Assembly (NCBI RefSeq): GCF_006345805.1
Contig: NC_043002.1
Location: 98,084,001-98,148,000 of the forward strand
Direction of reading: 5' to 3'
Length of the DNA: 64,000 nt
Source of the DNA: Octopus sinensis
Taxonomy: Eukaryota
The notes below the pieces were generated by a model that was not told where the DNA came from, ran no database searches, and was given only the letters and a program-made list of their open reading frames with translations. Within the stretch, counting starts at the first letter, position 1. Each line of letters opens with the position of its first letter. Both the position numbers and the translations under genes were made by a program. Positions 63,591-64,000 of the stretch are shown piece by piece.

Positions 63591-64000
63591 ATGTGTGTCT
63601 GTGTTTGTCCTCCCGCCATCGCTTGACAACTGATGTTGACGTGTTTAAGTTCGCGTAACTTAGCGGTTCGGCTCAAGAGAGCGATAAAATAAGTACTAGG
63701 CTTACAAAGAATAAGTTCTGGTGTCGATTTGTTCGACTAAAGGCGGTGCTCCAGCAAGGCCGCAGTTGAATGACTGAAGCAAATAAAGGAATTAAAGAAT
63801 AAAAGAATATATATATATATATTTATTTACACACTTGCATATATATATTGCAATTTTCTTATTTAACACAACTGGATGATAATGTGGTCCCCAGAAATGT
63901 CGACATCTAACAGATTGCGTGGAAACAAAACAAAACGAAGCAAAAATGAAAAAAATAGCAAAATAACAGTAAAAAAACATATATTCCCCAAAGTTCATTA

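Overview
AT-rich, microsatellite-saturated animal genomic DNA with no confidently identifiable host gene. The tRNA-derived SINE families, Dong/R4 LINEs and TTAGGG repeats suggest an octopus/cephalopod (inference, no database search). Conventional content: at least four tRNA-SINE families, a 5'-truncated but otherwise near-intact Dong/R4 RT-RLE retrotransposon plus several 3' fragments (all in (TAA)n), three decayed mariner elements, three Helitron-type elements, several MITEs, a Penelope-like GIY-YIG fragment and a Tx1/L1-like ORF1. The main unexplained structure is RNA-level. By manual folding I find 14 complete type-I hammerhead ribozyme motifs, plus damaged and half motifs, in about six unrelated non-coding repeat families. 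These repeats occur as tandem monomers of about 360, 562 and 537 nt and as head-to-head inversions, and nearly all end on (TA)n, the architecture of Penelope pseudo-LTRs and non-LTR retrozymes. Highlights: a 4.4-copy 537-nt array with a canonical hammerhead in every unit (55600-57984); C3:G8, U3:A8 and G3:C8 core variants side by side; inversion junctions on the predicted cleavage sites; and a 4.7-kb interstitial (CCCTAA)n array wedged between two inverted copies of the 360-nt ribozyme repeat. All ribozyme calls are structure predictions by eye; activity is untested.
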